Source of the DNA: an uncultured Rickettsiaceae bacterium
Lineage (GTDB): Bacteria; Pseudomonadota; Alphaproteobacteria; Rickettsiales; Rickettsiaceae
Length of the DNA: 64,000 bases
Direction: 5' to 3'
Assembly: GCA_964409505.1 (NCBI GenBank)
Contig: CAYPDK010000024.1
Location: 396-64,395, forward strand
Positions 40,088 through 50,298 of the stretch are shown here, one piece after another. Both the position numbers and the translations under genes were made by a program. The first letter of the stretch is position 1. The number at the start of each line of letters is the position of its first letter. Under the pieces are notes generated by a model that was not told the origin of the DNA, did not search any database, and saw nothing but the letters and a program-made list of their open reading frames with translations.

Positions 40088-42181
40088 TTAGATTAAATCT
40101 AAAGTTTTTATTTTAGTTTTTTGGTAAATTTCATTTTCAGACATAACAAATATATTGGGGAGCAGGGGTGCAAGTATATCTTTTACATAAGGTCTGATTT
40201 TTGGGTTAGAAAGTAACACAGGAGTATCAGAGCCTTCTTTGAGGTATTTGCTAAAAATTAAATTTACTCTTTGTATAAATTGTTGCATTTGAGAGGGTTT
40301 CATTATGAAATTTGGTCTTTTTAGAGTCTCATCTGTATGAGATATGCTGTTTAAAAAAGTATTTTCCCAGGAATCTGATAATATTATAGAGGAGATATAT
40401 CCATCTGAATTTGTGTGTGAATAGGAAATTTGACGTGAAAGTTTAAACCTTACATATTCTGTAATGGAGGTAATATCTTGGTTGTTTTTAGCAACTTCTC
40501 CTATTGCCTCGAGTATTGTGGCGAAATCTCTTATTGATATGAGTTCTTTTAGTAGGTTTTGCAGTATTTTTTGGATAGTTGCAATGGAGGCAATTTCTGG
40601 AACTACATAATTTGCTAGTGCTTTGTGTTCTTGCGGAATATTTTTTATTAATTGATCTACAACTCCATAGGATAAGAAATCCACTATATTTTCTTTAATT
40701 ACTTCTTTTATATGTGTAATTATGACAAAGTGGCTTTTAACTAAGGTGTAGTTATTTTTAATAATCTCATCTGTGTATCTTATGTCTACCCATTTAGCAT
40801 TAAATCCAAAAGCATTATCCTTAAAATCCTCACCTATAACGTTTACTTCCTTGCCTAGTGGATTAAAGACTAAATACTTATCTCGCCTTATAAATCCTTT
40901 AGCAATTTGCAATCCTTTTATTTTGATTACGTAATGGTCATATCCCAATGTTATGTTATCAACAATTCTTATAGGAGGAAATACAAAGCCATATTCTTGA
41001 GCTAATTCCTTTCTGAGTTCTTCAATAATAAATTTAAAATTTATGTTAGGATTTTTAATCATGTCAATTAATTCCAAACCTATTTCTAGACTAATATAAT
41101 CTAGTGCTAATATGTCAGAATATTTTTGTTCTTGAGACACAAAATTTGAGCTTTTATCATTTGAGTTGGATTTTTCATGTAAAGCATTAGATGTATTTTT
41201 ATCCTTTTTAAAGAAAAGACTGATGTACCAAATAAATAATATTACAGCTGAGGTCAAAGAGAATACAAAAAAAGGAAGTCCTGGTAGAAAGCCCATAATA
41301 AAGACTACAATTGAAGTAACCAGCAGAGTTTCTGGATATTTACCTAATTGTTGAAACAGTAATTTGTCAGTGGCACCTACAACACCCGCTTTTGTTACAA
41401 GTAACCCGGCTGAAAGAGAGATGATTAATGATGGTATTTGAGAGACTAATCCATCACCTATAGTAAGGAGTGAGTAAGTCTTTACCGCTATGTTGAAGGA
41501 GAGGTTTTTTTGTACAATTCCAACTATCATTCCTCCTACCAAATTGATAAAAGTAATGACCAGACCTGCGATAGCGTCTCCTCTGACAAATTTGTTAGCT
41601 CCGTCCATAGAGCCATAAAAAGATGTCTCATTTTCAAGGTTTGTGCGCTTTTTTTTAGCTTCTTCTTCTGTTAAAAGACCATTATTTAAATCAGAATCTA
41701 TAGACATTTGTTTTCCAGGCATAGCATCAAGACTAAACCTTGCTGCAACTTCCGCGATTCTTCCTGAGCCTTTTGTTATAACTATAAAATTGATTAATGT
41801 TAAAATAAGGAAAACAATAAGACCTATAACTACATTTCCTTGCATGATAAAATTCCCAAATGCCTCTATTATTCTACCTGCTGAATCTGAACCCAGATGT
41901 CCATGAGATAGTATCAGTCGTGTGGAGGCTATATTTAAAGACAATCTCAAGAGAGTGCTTATAAGTAAAATTGTTGGAAATACACTAAGCTCGAGTGGTT
42001 TTAATATAAATAAACTGCTCATTAATATAATAATTGATACTGATATTGATATTGAAAGAAAAAAATCTAAAAACCCTTTGGGTATAGGAAATATGAGTAC
42101 TAATAATATTATGAGTAGGGAAGAGGCTAACGTTATATTAGTGTACTTAGAAACCTCCTTCAGAATTTTACTAAACAGCAT
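40088..42181 (-). CDS. flhA: FHIPEP-family export gate protein, most likely flagellar FlhA (SctV homolog)
   Basis: 697 aa, full length. N-terminal polytopic domain with RFSLDAMPGKQMSIDSDL and MDGANKFVRGDAIAG. C-terminal cytoplasmic domain with GFVFPPIRIVDN, FGFNAKWV, ISIRDFATILEAI, TPVLLSNPKIRPYVK. No frameshift or internal stop. Confidence 0.85.
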   Translation of the reverse strand: MLFSKILKEVSKYTNITLASSLLIILLVLIFPIPKGFLDFFLSISISVSIIILMSSLFILKPLELSVFPTILLISTLLRLSLNIASTRLILSHGHLGSDSAGRIIEAFGNFIMQGNVVIGLIVFLILTLINFIVITKGSGRIAEVAARFSLDAMPGKQMSIDSDLNNGLLTEEEAKKKRTNLENETSFYGSMDGANKFVRGDAIAGLVITFINLVGGMIVGIVQKNLSFNIAVKTYSLLTIGDGLVSQIPSLIISLSAGLLVTKAGVVGATDKLLFQQLGKYPETLLVTSIVVFIMGFLPGLPFFVFSLTSAVILFIWYISLFFKKDKNTSNALHEKSNSNDKSSNFVSQEQKYSDILALDYISLEIGLELIDMIKNPNINFKFIIEELRKELAQEYGFVFPPIRIVDNITLGYDHYVIKIKGLQIAKGFIRRDKYLVFNPLGKEVNVIGEDFKDNAFGFNAKWVDIRYTDEIIKNNYTLVKSHFVIITHIKEVIKENIVDFLSYGVVDQLIKNIPQEHKALANYVVPEIASIATIQKILQNLLKELISIRDFATILEAIGEVAKNNQDITSITEYVRFKLSRQISYSHTNSDGYISSIILSDSWENTFLNSISHTDETLKRPNFIMKPSQMQQFIQRVNLIFSKYLKEGSDTPVLLSNPKIRPYVKDILAPLLPNIFVMSENEIYQKTKIKTLDLI

Positions 42182-42383
42182 ATCAAATTTCTTACAAGCA
42201 ATTACTAACCTAAGATGTTATACAAATAATAGTATCTAGATAATAGTATCTTTTTAAAAGTAAAATACGTATAATTTACTAAAATATACTTAATATGCAT
42301 CATATTTGTTTTACAGATATAATGTATGTTGGAGGGGTCTGACACTTTTTTCATCTTAAAAAACATAGATGGGTAGATTTTTG

Positions 42384-42412
42384 TTGACAGACAAGTCTTT
42401 TAAGTATATAGT
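42384..42412 (+). promoter_or_regulatory. Candidate sigma-70 promoter for rho
   Basis: TTGACA (42384-42389), exactly 17 nt spacer, TATAGT (42407-42412). It would give a leader of about 175-180 nt before the rho ATG at 42595. Confidence 0.35.
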
Positions 42413-42493
42413 GGGTTTGGTCTAGTAGTTTTTCTCGTAGACATTCTTACCTTCAATTGGTAACTTTTTCTTAATTTTTATTTTTCTAGGAAT

Positions 42494-42523
42494 CTAGTAA
42501 GTCCATACCTAGTAAATCCATAC
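42494..42523. repeat. 15-bp tandem duplication, 14/15 identical (ctagtaagtccatac / ctagtaaatccatac), in the rho leader
   Basis: 42494-42508 vs 42509-42523. Confidence 0.85.
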
Positions 42524-42594
42524 AATATAGTAGGGGATTAATTTTGAAAAAAAATCTGTAATTTTTAATAGAAATTAAATTAAAAAATTCTAGC

Positions 42595-43953
42595 ATGAAC
42601 AAGGTGAATAAGGATCAAAAAAATATTGATCAAAATGATCACAAGAGTGATAACTCTATTTCGCGAAATAGCTCGAGCATTGGAAATATTGTTGAAAACC
42701 ATATAACTCTCAACAGTCTCAAGTTAAAAGCGCCTCAAGAACTCCAAGAATATGCAAAAGAGCTTAAAATAGAAAATGCTCACTCTTTTTTAAAACAAGA
42801 GTTAATTTTTGCTATATTGAAAAATATAGTAAATTCTGGTGGTGTAATCAACGGAGAGGGAGTTTTAGAAATATTACCAGATGGATTTGGATTTCTAAGG
42901 TCTCCGGAAGAAAATTACTTAGCAGGGCCAGATGATATATATGTTTCTCCTAGCCAAATAAGAAGATTTGGGTTAAAAAAAGGAGATATTTTAGAAGGAC
43001 AAATAAGGGCTCCTAAATCTAGTGAGAGATACTTTGCTCTTCTTAAAATATACAGGATTAATTTTGAGGATAAGGAAAATTCTTATCGTAGGGTGCATTT
43101 TGATAATCTTACACCTATATACCCTCAAGAAAAATTTTCACTTGAGTTAACAGGAAAAAAAGATCAAAGTACTAGAATTATAGATATAATATCTCCACTT
43201 GGGAAGGGACAAAGGTCTTTGATAGTGGCTCCTCCTAGAACCGGTAAGACTGTGTTATTACAAAATATTGCACATGCAATTAGTGCAAATAATCCTGAAA
43301 CCTACTTGATTGTTTTGTTAATTGATGAAAGACCTGAAGAAGTAACAGATATGCAAAGATCCGTTAAAGGAGAAGTTGTAAGTTCAACTTTTGACGAGCC
43401 AGCAATTCGTCATGTACAACTTACTGAAATGGTTATTGAGAAATCTAAGAGATTGGTTGAGCAAAAAAAAGATGTTGTAATTTTGTTAGATTCTATCACA
43501 AGGCTTGCCAGAGCTTATAATAATGTTGTACCTTCTTCTGGCAAGGTTCTTACTGGAGGGGTTGATGCTAATGCTTTGCAAAGGCCTAAAAGGGTTTTTG
43601 GTGCAGCTCGTAATATTGAGGGTGGTGGGTCTTTGACGATTATTGCTACGGCTTTGGTAGAGACTGGTTCTCGAATGGATGAGGTGATTTTTGAAGAATT
43701 TAAGGGAACTGGTAATTCTGAGATTGTTCTTGATCGTAAGGTTGCGGACAAGAGAATTTATCCTGCTTTAGATATTAATAAATCAGGTACTAGAAAAGAT
43801 GAGTTGCTAATTGATAGAACTTATTTATCTAAAATATGGGTTCTGAGGAGAATTATTAATCCTATGTCGAGTATTGAGTCTATAGAATTTTTGTTAGATA
43901 AATTCAAAAATACAAAAACAAATCATGAATTTTTTAGTTCTATGAATTCTTGA
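42595..43953 (+). CDS. rho: Transcription termination factor Rho
   Basis: 452 aa. Asn/Ser-rich N-terminal extension of about 35 aa, RNA-binding domain [14 protein letters not shown], Walker [25 protein letters not shown], and C-terminal [10 protein letters not shown]. Confidence 0.95.
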   Translation: MNKVNKDQKNIDQNDHKSDNSISRNSSSIGNIVENHITLNSLKLKAPQELQEYAKELKIENAHSFLKQELIFAILKNIVNSGGVINGEGVLEILPDGFGFLRSPEENYLAGPDDIYVSPSQIRRFGLKKGDILEGQIRAPKSSERYFALLKIYRINFEDKENSYRRVHFDNLTPIYPQEKFSLELTGKKDQSTRIIDIISPLGKGQRSLIVAPPRTGKTVLLQNIAHAISANNPETYLIVLLIDERPEEVTDMQRSVKGEVVSSTFDEPAIRHVQLTEMVIEKSKRLVEQKKDVVILLDSITRLARAYNNVVPSSGKVLTGGVDANALQRPKRVFGAARNIEGGGSLTIIATALVETGSRMDEVIFEEFKGTGNSEIVLDRKVADKRIYPALDINKSGTRKDELLIDRTYLSKIWVLRRIINPMSSIESIEFLLDKFKNTKTNHEFFSSMNS

Positions 43954-44086
43954 TTATTAAACACTAATTTAGATTTGTTCTCTTTAGTTGTTTTTAGCCT
44001 AAATTTATGTGCTTTTCTTGTCATTGTAAAGTTTTGATTAAATTTGGATAATTCTTGGGAAGGAATAGAAATTCAAAAAAACATCT

Positions 44087-44163
44087 TGGTGAGCAGTAAA
44101 AGATTCGAACTTTCGACCTCTACGATGTCAACGTAGCGCTCTAACCAACTAAGCTAACTGCTC
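44087..44163 (-). tRNA. tRNA-Val (anticodon GAC), CCA encoded
   Basis: The reverse complement folds by hand into a cloverleaf. Acceptor GAGCAGT/ACTGCTC, D arm GCTT-AGTTGGTTA-GAGC, anticodon arm CTACG-TTGACAT-CGTAG, T arm GAAAG-TTCGAAT-CTTTT, discriminator A, CCA. Confidence 0.9.
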
Positions 44164-44484
44164 CCTAGTTCATTGACTTTAGTAACTGATTTCAGTAACT
44201 GGCTCCTTAATGAAGAGAATCTTAATTAAGATCTATGACAATAGAGTATATTTCATATTAAAAAACAATCAAGATGATTCTTTTTTTTTAGTTTTTCTAT
44301 AAAGTAGATATGAATCTTATCAATGCAAATGATTACATTTCTGTTTGATTTTTTACAAAAATAGATTATGATTTACAGGTCTTAAATTGTGATTTATTGC
44401 TTTTGTCTGTTTGGTTCAGTTAGGAATTATATCAAATTTTGAGTTTTATATTTTTATAATATATATTACATTTACATTTTATTA

Positions 44485-45174
44485 ATGAATATTGGAGATG
44501 TGAAAATTAGTAGTGGTGATATTAGTAGTGATATTTTTACAAAATTTATTATTGCTGTTGATGGGCCAGCTGCTTCTGGAAAAAGCTCTGTTGGACAAAA
44601 AATTGCTGAGATGCTGAATTTATATTATCTAGAATCTGGTTTGTTTTATAGATTTTTAGCTTTTAAATTTGAGTCTGATAGCTATGATCAAAATATGTTG
44701 AAAGTAAAATTATCTTCATTAAAATCTCAATTTTTTTTTGATGAATTATTTAAACACAATTTTGCTGAACAGGCTTTAAAAATAGATAAAATCTCTTATA
44801 TCTCATCTATGATTGCATCATATCCCTTTGTGAGAAGATTTGTTAACGAGTATTTAAAGGAATTTGTACGAAAAAAAAAGAGAGTTGTTGTTGATGGTAG
44901 AGATATAGGGAGTGTTGTCTTTCCTGAAGCGGATTTGAAGATTTATGTTACCGCTGACTTAGAAATTAGAGCCAAAAGAAGATATAATGAATTAAAATTA
45001 AAAAATGACAAATTAAGTTTTGAAGATGTGTTGAATGCTATAAAAAAAAGAGATTGTGGAGATGTTGAAAGAACTGTTTCTCCTTTAGTCCAAGCAAAGG
45101 GGGCTATTAGAGTGGATACAAGTAGTTTAACTTTAGATCAGGCGGTAAAAAAAATTTTAACCTTTGTAAAATAA
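44485..45174 (+). CDS. cmk: Cytidylate kinase
   Basis: 229 aa. P-loop IAVDGPAASGKSS and DGRDIGSVVFP. Conserved cmk-rpsA synteny. Confidence 0.9.
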   Translation: MNIGDVKISSGDISSDIFTKFIIAVDGPAASGKSSVGQKIAEMLNLYYLESGLFYRFLAFKFESDSYDQNMLKVKLSSLKSQFFFDELFKHNFAEQALKIDKISYISSMIASYPFVRRFVNEYLKEFVRKKKRVVVDGRDIGSVVFPEADLKIYVTADLEIRAKRRYNELKLKNDKLSFEDVLNAIKKRDCGDVERTVSPLVQAKGAIRVDTSSLTLDQAVKKILTFVK

Positions 45175-45199
45175 TTTTGTAAATTAAATTAAATTAATC

Positions 45200-47158
45200 A
45201 TGAAAAAAAAAAGTAATAAATTTGTCTCACATTTGTATGGTGTTAGTATAATAGAGGATGATAAGAAAAATTTGGATCAAATGATTAAATCTTCTGCTCA
45301 GGAAAAATTAGAGGGTTCTATCATAGCGGCTCGAGTTATTAAAATCGAAAAAGATTTTGTTACTGTAGATGCGAATCTTAAAAATGAGTCCAGAATACCG
45401 ATTTCTGAATTTAAGTCTAATGTAGATTCAGAATTTTCGCTTAAAGAGGGTGAGACTGTTGATGTTTTTGTTGAAAGGGTAGATAGTAAAAAAGGGACTG
45501 TTCTTAGTAGATTAAAGGTTTTAAAAGAAGAGACTTGGAAAAAAATAGAGCAAAAATTTTCTCAAGGAGAGCAAGTCTCTGGTGTTATATTTAGTAGAAT
45601 AAAGGGAGGGTTTACTGTAGATATAGATGGAGTAATTGCTTTTTTACCTGGAAGTCAAGTAGATGTAAGACCTGTGAAGGATATGGATAGTTTGCTTGGG
45701 ATAAAACAACCTTTCCAAATCCTTAAAATGGATAAAGCGTTATCAAATATTATTGTATCAAGAAAGGCTATTTTAGAAGAGTCAAGGCTTGAGGCTAAAG
45801 AACAAATGCTATCTAAAATAGACAAAGGAACTGTGCTTTCAGGTATTGTTAAAAACATTACTGATTATGGAGCATTTATAGATCTTGGAAGCATTGACGG
45901 ATTGTTACATGTGACTGATATTTCTTGGAACAGGATAAATCACCCATCAGAAGTACTTACTTTAGGAGAAGAAATTAAAGTTGTAGTAATCCAATATGAT
46001 GAAAAGACAAAAAGAGTTTCTCTTGGGAGGAAGCAGCTGGATAACAATCCGTGGCAAGAGATTGATAAAAAATTCTCTGTTAATCAAAAAATGACAGGAA
46101 AAATTACTAATATAGCCGATTATGGAATTTTTGTAAAACTTGCAGATGGAGTAGAAGGTCTTGTACATCTATCTGAGATAGCTTGGGGAAAAAATACTTA
46201 CAATCCGAAAAAAAAATTAAAAGTAGGGCAAGAGATAGAATTTATGATTATAGGTATTGATAAAGAAAAACACAGAATCTCTTTAAGCATAAAGAAATGC
46301 TCTGAAAATCCTCTAATCGAATTTGAATCAAAGCATCCGGTAGGAAGTATTGTTACGGCTCCGATTAGGCATATTACAAATTTTGGGATTTTTGTTTCTA
46401 TTAATGAGAATAATGATGCAATGATCCATGAATCTGATATTAGCTGGGAAAAAAATGGATTAGAATTAATTAAGAATTATAAAAAAGGACAGATTGTAGA
46501 AAGTAAAGTTTTAGGAATCGATATTCCAAATAATAGGGTTACTCTTGGTATCAAACAATTGACTGAAGATCCTGCTAAAAAAAGGCAAGTTGAGGTTAGT
46601 AAATTTTCAAAAAATATGGTTGTAACATGTACTGTAACTCAGGTAAAAGACGATGGCTTGGATGTCATTATTGAGGATAAGGATCATAATAGAGCAGAAG
46701 GATTTATTAAAAAATACGAACTCTCTATTAATAAATATGAACAAAATGTAAAAAATTTTGTGCAAGGTGATAAATTTGATGCTAAAATTCTCTTCTTGAA
46801 GAATAACGGAAAAGCTAATCTTTCTATAAAAGCTCTTGAGAGTGAAATTAGAGAAAGGGCTATAAAAGAATATGGGTCTGCTAGTAGTGGAGCAAGATTA
46901 GATGGAATTATTGGGGCAGCACTTGAGGAGAAAAATACAGAATTATCTTCAACAAATACTTCTAATAATAGTAGTTCAGAAGACAAGTCCTTGGAAGGAG
47001 GTAAATTAGTCAGTAAAACTTCTCAGGATAATGGTCAAGATGAGTCCTCAGAAGACAAACTGCCAAGTCCTAAACTAAAGTCAAAGAATTCTTATGACAG
47101 TAGTACTAAAGAGGATGAGTCCTTAGAAGATAAAATGGAGAAACTATCTAAATCATAA
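45200..47158 (+). CDS. rpsA: 30S ribosomal protein S1 with Ser/Asp/Glu-rich C-terminal extension
   Basis: 652 aa with six recognisable S1/OB repeats (e.g. GTVLSGIVKNITDYGAFIDLG, KMTGKITNIADYGIFVKL, GSIVTAPIRHITNFGIFVSI). The last ~85 aa are low complexity. Confidence 0.93.
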   Translation: MKKKSNKFVSHLYGVSIIEDDKKNLDQMIKSSAQEKLEGSIIAARVIKIEKDFVTVDANLKNESRIPISEFKSNVDSEFSLKEGETVDVFVERVDSKKGTVLSRLKVLKEETWKKIEQKFSQGEQVSGVIFSRIKGGFTVDIDGVIAFLPGSQVDVRPVKDMDSLLGIKQPFQILKMDKALSNIIVSRKAILEESRLEAKEQMLSKIDKGTVLSGIVKNITDYGAFIDLGSIDGLLHVTDISWNRINHPSEVLTLGEEIKVVVIQYDEKTKRVSLGRKQLDNNPWQEIDKKFSVNQKMTGKITNIADYGIFVKLADGVEGLVHLSEIAWGKNTYNPKKKLKVGQEIEFMIIGIDKEKHRISLSIKKCSENPLIEFESKHPVGSIVTAPIRHITNFGIFVSINENNDAMIHESDISWEKNGLELIKNYKKGQIVESKVLGIDIPNNRVTLGIKQLTEDPAKKRQVEVSKFSKNMVVTCTVTQVKDDGLDVIIEDKDHNRAEGFIKKYELSINKYEQNVKNFVQGDKFDAKILFLKNNGKANLSIKALESEIRERAIKEYGSASSGARLDGIIGAALEEKNTELSSTNTSNNSSSEDKSLEGGKLVSKTSQDNGQDESSEDKLPSPKLKSKNSYDSSTKEDESLEDKMEKLSKS

Positions 47159-47180
47159 TAAGTTTAAGACAACTTGTATT

Positions 47181-48449
47181 ATGGATAGTTTGATTGTAGA
47201 GGGTGACAAATCTTTAAAAGGTAATATTTTTATCTCTGGAGCCAAAAACTCTGCTCTTCCTATTATGGTATCGTCACTTTTGTTGGAGCATGGTAAATTG
47301 AAATTATTTAATATTCCTATGCTTCGGGATATTTTAACAATGCAAAAATTATTGATTTCTCTTGGATGTAATGTTGAGTTCCTTCAGAGTGAGTCTTGTA
47401 TTATTTTAGACTCTAGTAATCTCAATAATTTCCTTGCGCCTTATGATATAGTTAAGCAGATGAGAGCCTCTTTTTGGGTTTTAGCTCCTATTCTAGTTAG
47501 ATTTAAAAAAGCTAGGGTTCCTCTTCCTGGAGGATGCAGTATTGGAGCAAGACCTGTAGATCTTCACATTGAGTTACTTAAATCTATGGGAGCTTCTATT
47601 GTTATTGATAATGGCTTTGTTGTAGCTACTATTAAGGATAAAAAGCTAAAAGCTTGTCGTTTTAGATTTAACCTAATTTCTGTGGGAGCTACCATAACGG
47701 CTATATTAGCCTCTGTTATGGCTGAGGGAGTAAGTTACTTTTATAATTGTGCGATAGAGCCTGAAATAGAAGATTTATGTATTTGTCTTAATAGAATGGG
47801 AGCAAAAATTAAGGGAATTGGTACTAGAGATATTGTTATTTTTGGACAAAAACATCTAGTCTCGGCTAGCTACTCTATTATGAGTGATAGGATAGAATGT
47901 GGGACCTATATGATTGCAGCTGCTATTACTAGGGGACATGTAAGGATTTTTAATTTTAATCATATTTATTTAAAAACTTTAATTGATTCTTTAAGAAAAA
48001 TAGGATCTCAGGTCAACATTAATGATGATTTTATAGAAATTTTTCATAATGGAGAAATAGGCTCTTTAAGTATTGAAACCAATCCTTACCCGGGCTTTAG
48101 TACAGATTTACAATCTCAATTTATGAGTTTAATGAGTATTAGTAGGGGAGTTTGTTATATTAAAGAAAATATTTTTGAAAGAAGATTTTTACATGTCTCT
48201 GAACTTATTAAAATGGGTGCTAGGATTTCTATAGAGAAAAATATTGCTAAAATATCTGGAGTTCCTACTCTTACAGGTATGGAAGTAGTTTCTAGCGATC
48301 TTCGGGCCTCTGCTGCACTTTTGGTTGCTGCACTTGCTGCAAAAGGCGTAACTAAAATTTCACGAATATATCATCTTGATAGAGGGTATCAAAATTTAGA
48401 AACAAAGTTGGTTAATTGTGGAGCCTGTATTAAAAGAATTTCTGAGTAG
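47181..48449 (+). CDS. murA: UDP-N-acetylglucosamine 1-carboxyvinyltransferase
   Basis: 422 aa. ISGAKNSALPIM N-terminus and active-site Cys loop LPGGCSIGARPVDLH. Confidence 0.94.
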   Translation: MDSLIVEGDKSLKGNIFISGAKNSALPIMVSSLLLEHGKLKLFNIPMLRDILTMQKLLISLGCNVEFLQSESCIILDSSNLNNFLAPYDIVKQMRASFWVLAPILVRFKKARVPLPGGCSIGARPVDLHIELLKSMGASIVIDNGFVVATIKDKKLKACRFRFNLISVGATITAILASVMAEGVSYFYNCAIEPEIEDLCICLNRMGAKIKGIGTRDIVIFGQKHLVSASYSIMSDRIECGTYMIAAAITRGHVRIFNFNHIYLKTLIDSLRKIGSQVNINDDFIEIFHNGEIGSLSIETNPYPGFSTDLQSQFMSLMSISRGVCYIKENIFERRFLHVSELIKMGARISIEKNIAKISGVPTLTGMEVVSSDLRASAALLVAALAAKGVTKISRIYHLDRGYQNLETKLVNCGACIKRISE

Positions 48450-48557
48450 TGAAGTAGAATTTTGTCATAAAAAATTTTGTTTTTAGGCTATAATAAATTT
48501 ATTGCTTTATATAAACTATTTTTATAGTATTAGAAATTTAATTATATATTCTATAGT

Positions 48558-49160
48558 GTGATTGCTAAAATAAAGGGAATTGTAGATTCTATCTTTGAAG
48601 ATCATATATATATAACAGTTTCTGTTGGAGTGAGTTATATTGTTTTTTGTTCTAAAAAACTGATTAAGCAATTACATCTAAAGTCAGATTTAGAACTCTT
48701 TATATATTCCTATATCAGGGAGGATAAGTTTGAATTATATGGTTTTCTTAGTCTACAGGAAAAAGAAATATTTTTATTATTGAATTCTGTTAAAGGAGTT
48801 GGTAATAGAGTTGCTCTTAGCATTTTATCTCAATATAATTCTCATGATATAGAAAAAGCAGTAACGACAAAAAATAAAGATTTGTTTTTAAATGTAGTAG
48901 GCATTGGACATAAAGTTGCAGAAAGAATCCTAATAGAGCTTAAAAATAAGATTTTTGCTATTGTTAATTCTAATACATCTCAGGGAGAGGAAAATTTTGA
49001 GAGTAATAATAATGGTGGAGCTCTTATACAAGATGCTCTGGAGGCTCTTATTAGTTTAGGTCTTAATAGAAAAGATACCTATTTTAAGTTAAAAAAAATT
49101 TATATGCAAAATCCAACAATTGAACTAGATAACCTTATTAAAAAATGCTTGAAAAAATAA
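48558..49160 (+). CDS. ruvA: Holliday junction branch migration complex subunit RuvA
   Basis: 200 aa, GTG start. MIAKIKG N-terminus, HhH motifs ([29 protein letters not shown]). Immediately upstream of ruvB. Confidence 0.88.
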   Translation: MIAKIKGIVDSIFEDHIYITVSVGVSYIVFCSKKLIKQLHLKSDLELFIYSYIREDKFELYGFLSLQEKEIFLLLNSVKGVGNRVALSILSQYNSHDIEKAVTTKNKDLFLNVVGIGHKVAERILIELKNKIFAIVNSNTSQGEENFESNNNGGALIQDALEALISLGLNRKDTYFKLKKIYMQNPTIELDNLIKKCLKK

Positions 49161-49173
49161 ATTTAATTTTGAT

Positions 49174-50157
49174 ATGAGTAATAGGGATTTGTTAAACAGA
49201 GAGTTAAATGCAGAGGAGGATCTTAGTTTAAGACCCCAAAAATTAAATGATTTTATAGGTCAAGAATCTATAAAATATAACTTATCTGTTTTCATTAAGG
49301 CAGCAAAGACAAGAAAAGAATCACTGGATCATGTCATATTATATTCTCCACCTGGTCTTGGTAAAACTTCTCTTGCTAGTATAATAGCCAGGGAAATGGA
49401 GGTTAATATTAAAAGTACCTCTGCTCCAATTTTGTCTAAGCCTGCAGATTTAGCCACTATTCTTACTAATTTATCACATAAAGACATATTATTTATAGAT
49501 GAAATACATAGATTAAGCACTAATGTTGAAGAAATACTGTATTCCGCTATGGAGGATTACAAAATTGACATTTTGATAGGTGAGGGAGTCTCTGCAAGAT
49601 CTATTAAGATTGATTTAGCAAAATTTACTCTTATAGGTGCGACGACTCGTATTGGCTTATTAAGTAATCCTTTGAGAGATAGGTTTTCTATACAGATAAG
49701 GCTTAATTTTTACTTGTATCATGATTTGGTCAAAATTATTAACAAAATGGCTGAACGTCTTAATTCCGAGCTCACACATCACGCCTCATCTGAGATAGCT
49801 CGTAGATCAAGGGGTACACCTAGAATAGCTCTGAGATTGTTTAGACGAGTACGAGATTATGCTTTAGTTTATGAAAAAAAGATTATTGACGAAGATATTT
49901 CAAAGCTAGCTTTGAATTACTTACTTATTGACAAATTAGGACTTGACAGTAATGATCATAGATACCTTAAATTTATACAGGAAAATTATAACGGAGGTCC
50001 CGTAGGGTTAGAGACAATATCAGCAGGACTCTCCGAGCAAAAAGATGCAATTGAAGAAACTATTGAGCCATATCTAATACAAATAGGGTTAGTCCACAAA
50101 ACTCCAAAAGGTAGAGTGATTACACAACAAGCTATTGAGCATATAAAATCTTGTTAG
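49174..50157 (+). CDS. ruvB: Holliday junction branch migration DNA helicase RuvB
   Basis: 327 aa. [12 protein letters not shown], Walker [10 protein letters not shown], Walker [11 protein letters not shown], sensor [10 protein letters not shown]. Confidence 0.95.
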   Translation: MSNRDLLNRELNAEEDLSLRPQKLNDFIGQESIKYNLSVFIKAAKTRKESLDHVILYSPPGLGKTSLASIIAREMEVNIKSTSAPILSKPADLATILTNLSHKDILFIDEIHRLSTNVEEILYSAMEDYKIDILIGEGVSARSIKIDLAKFTLIGATTRIGLLSNPLRDRFSIQIRLNFYLYHDLVKIINKMAERLNSELTHHASSEIARRSRGTPRIALRLFRRVRDYALVYEKKIIDEDISKLALNYLLIDKLGLDSNDHRYLKFIQENYNGGPVGLETISAGLSEQKDAIEETIEPYLIQIGLVHKTPKGRVITQQAIEHIKSC

Positions 50158-50298
50158 GTTAAATAAGACATTATTTATTTCAAATTTTTCTGAAAAAGAA
50201 GCGGAAGCTTTATCTTGTAAGGTAGATATTTCTGTCTATTTTATTTTATCCGATATAGGAGAGAGTTCTAATTTTTTCAGCTTTTTTTCTTGATTATT

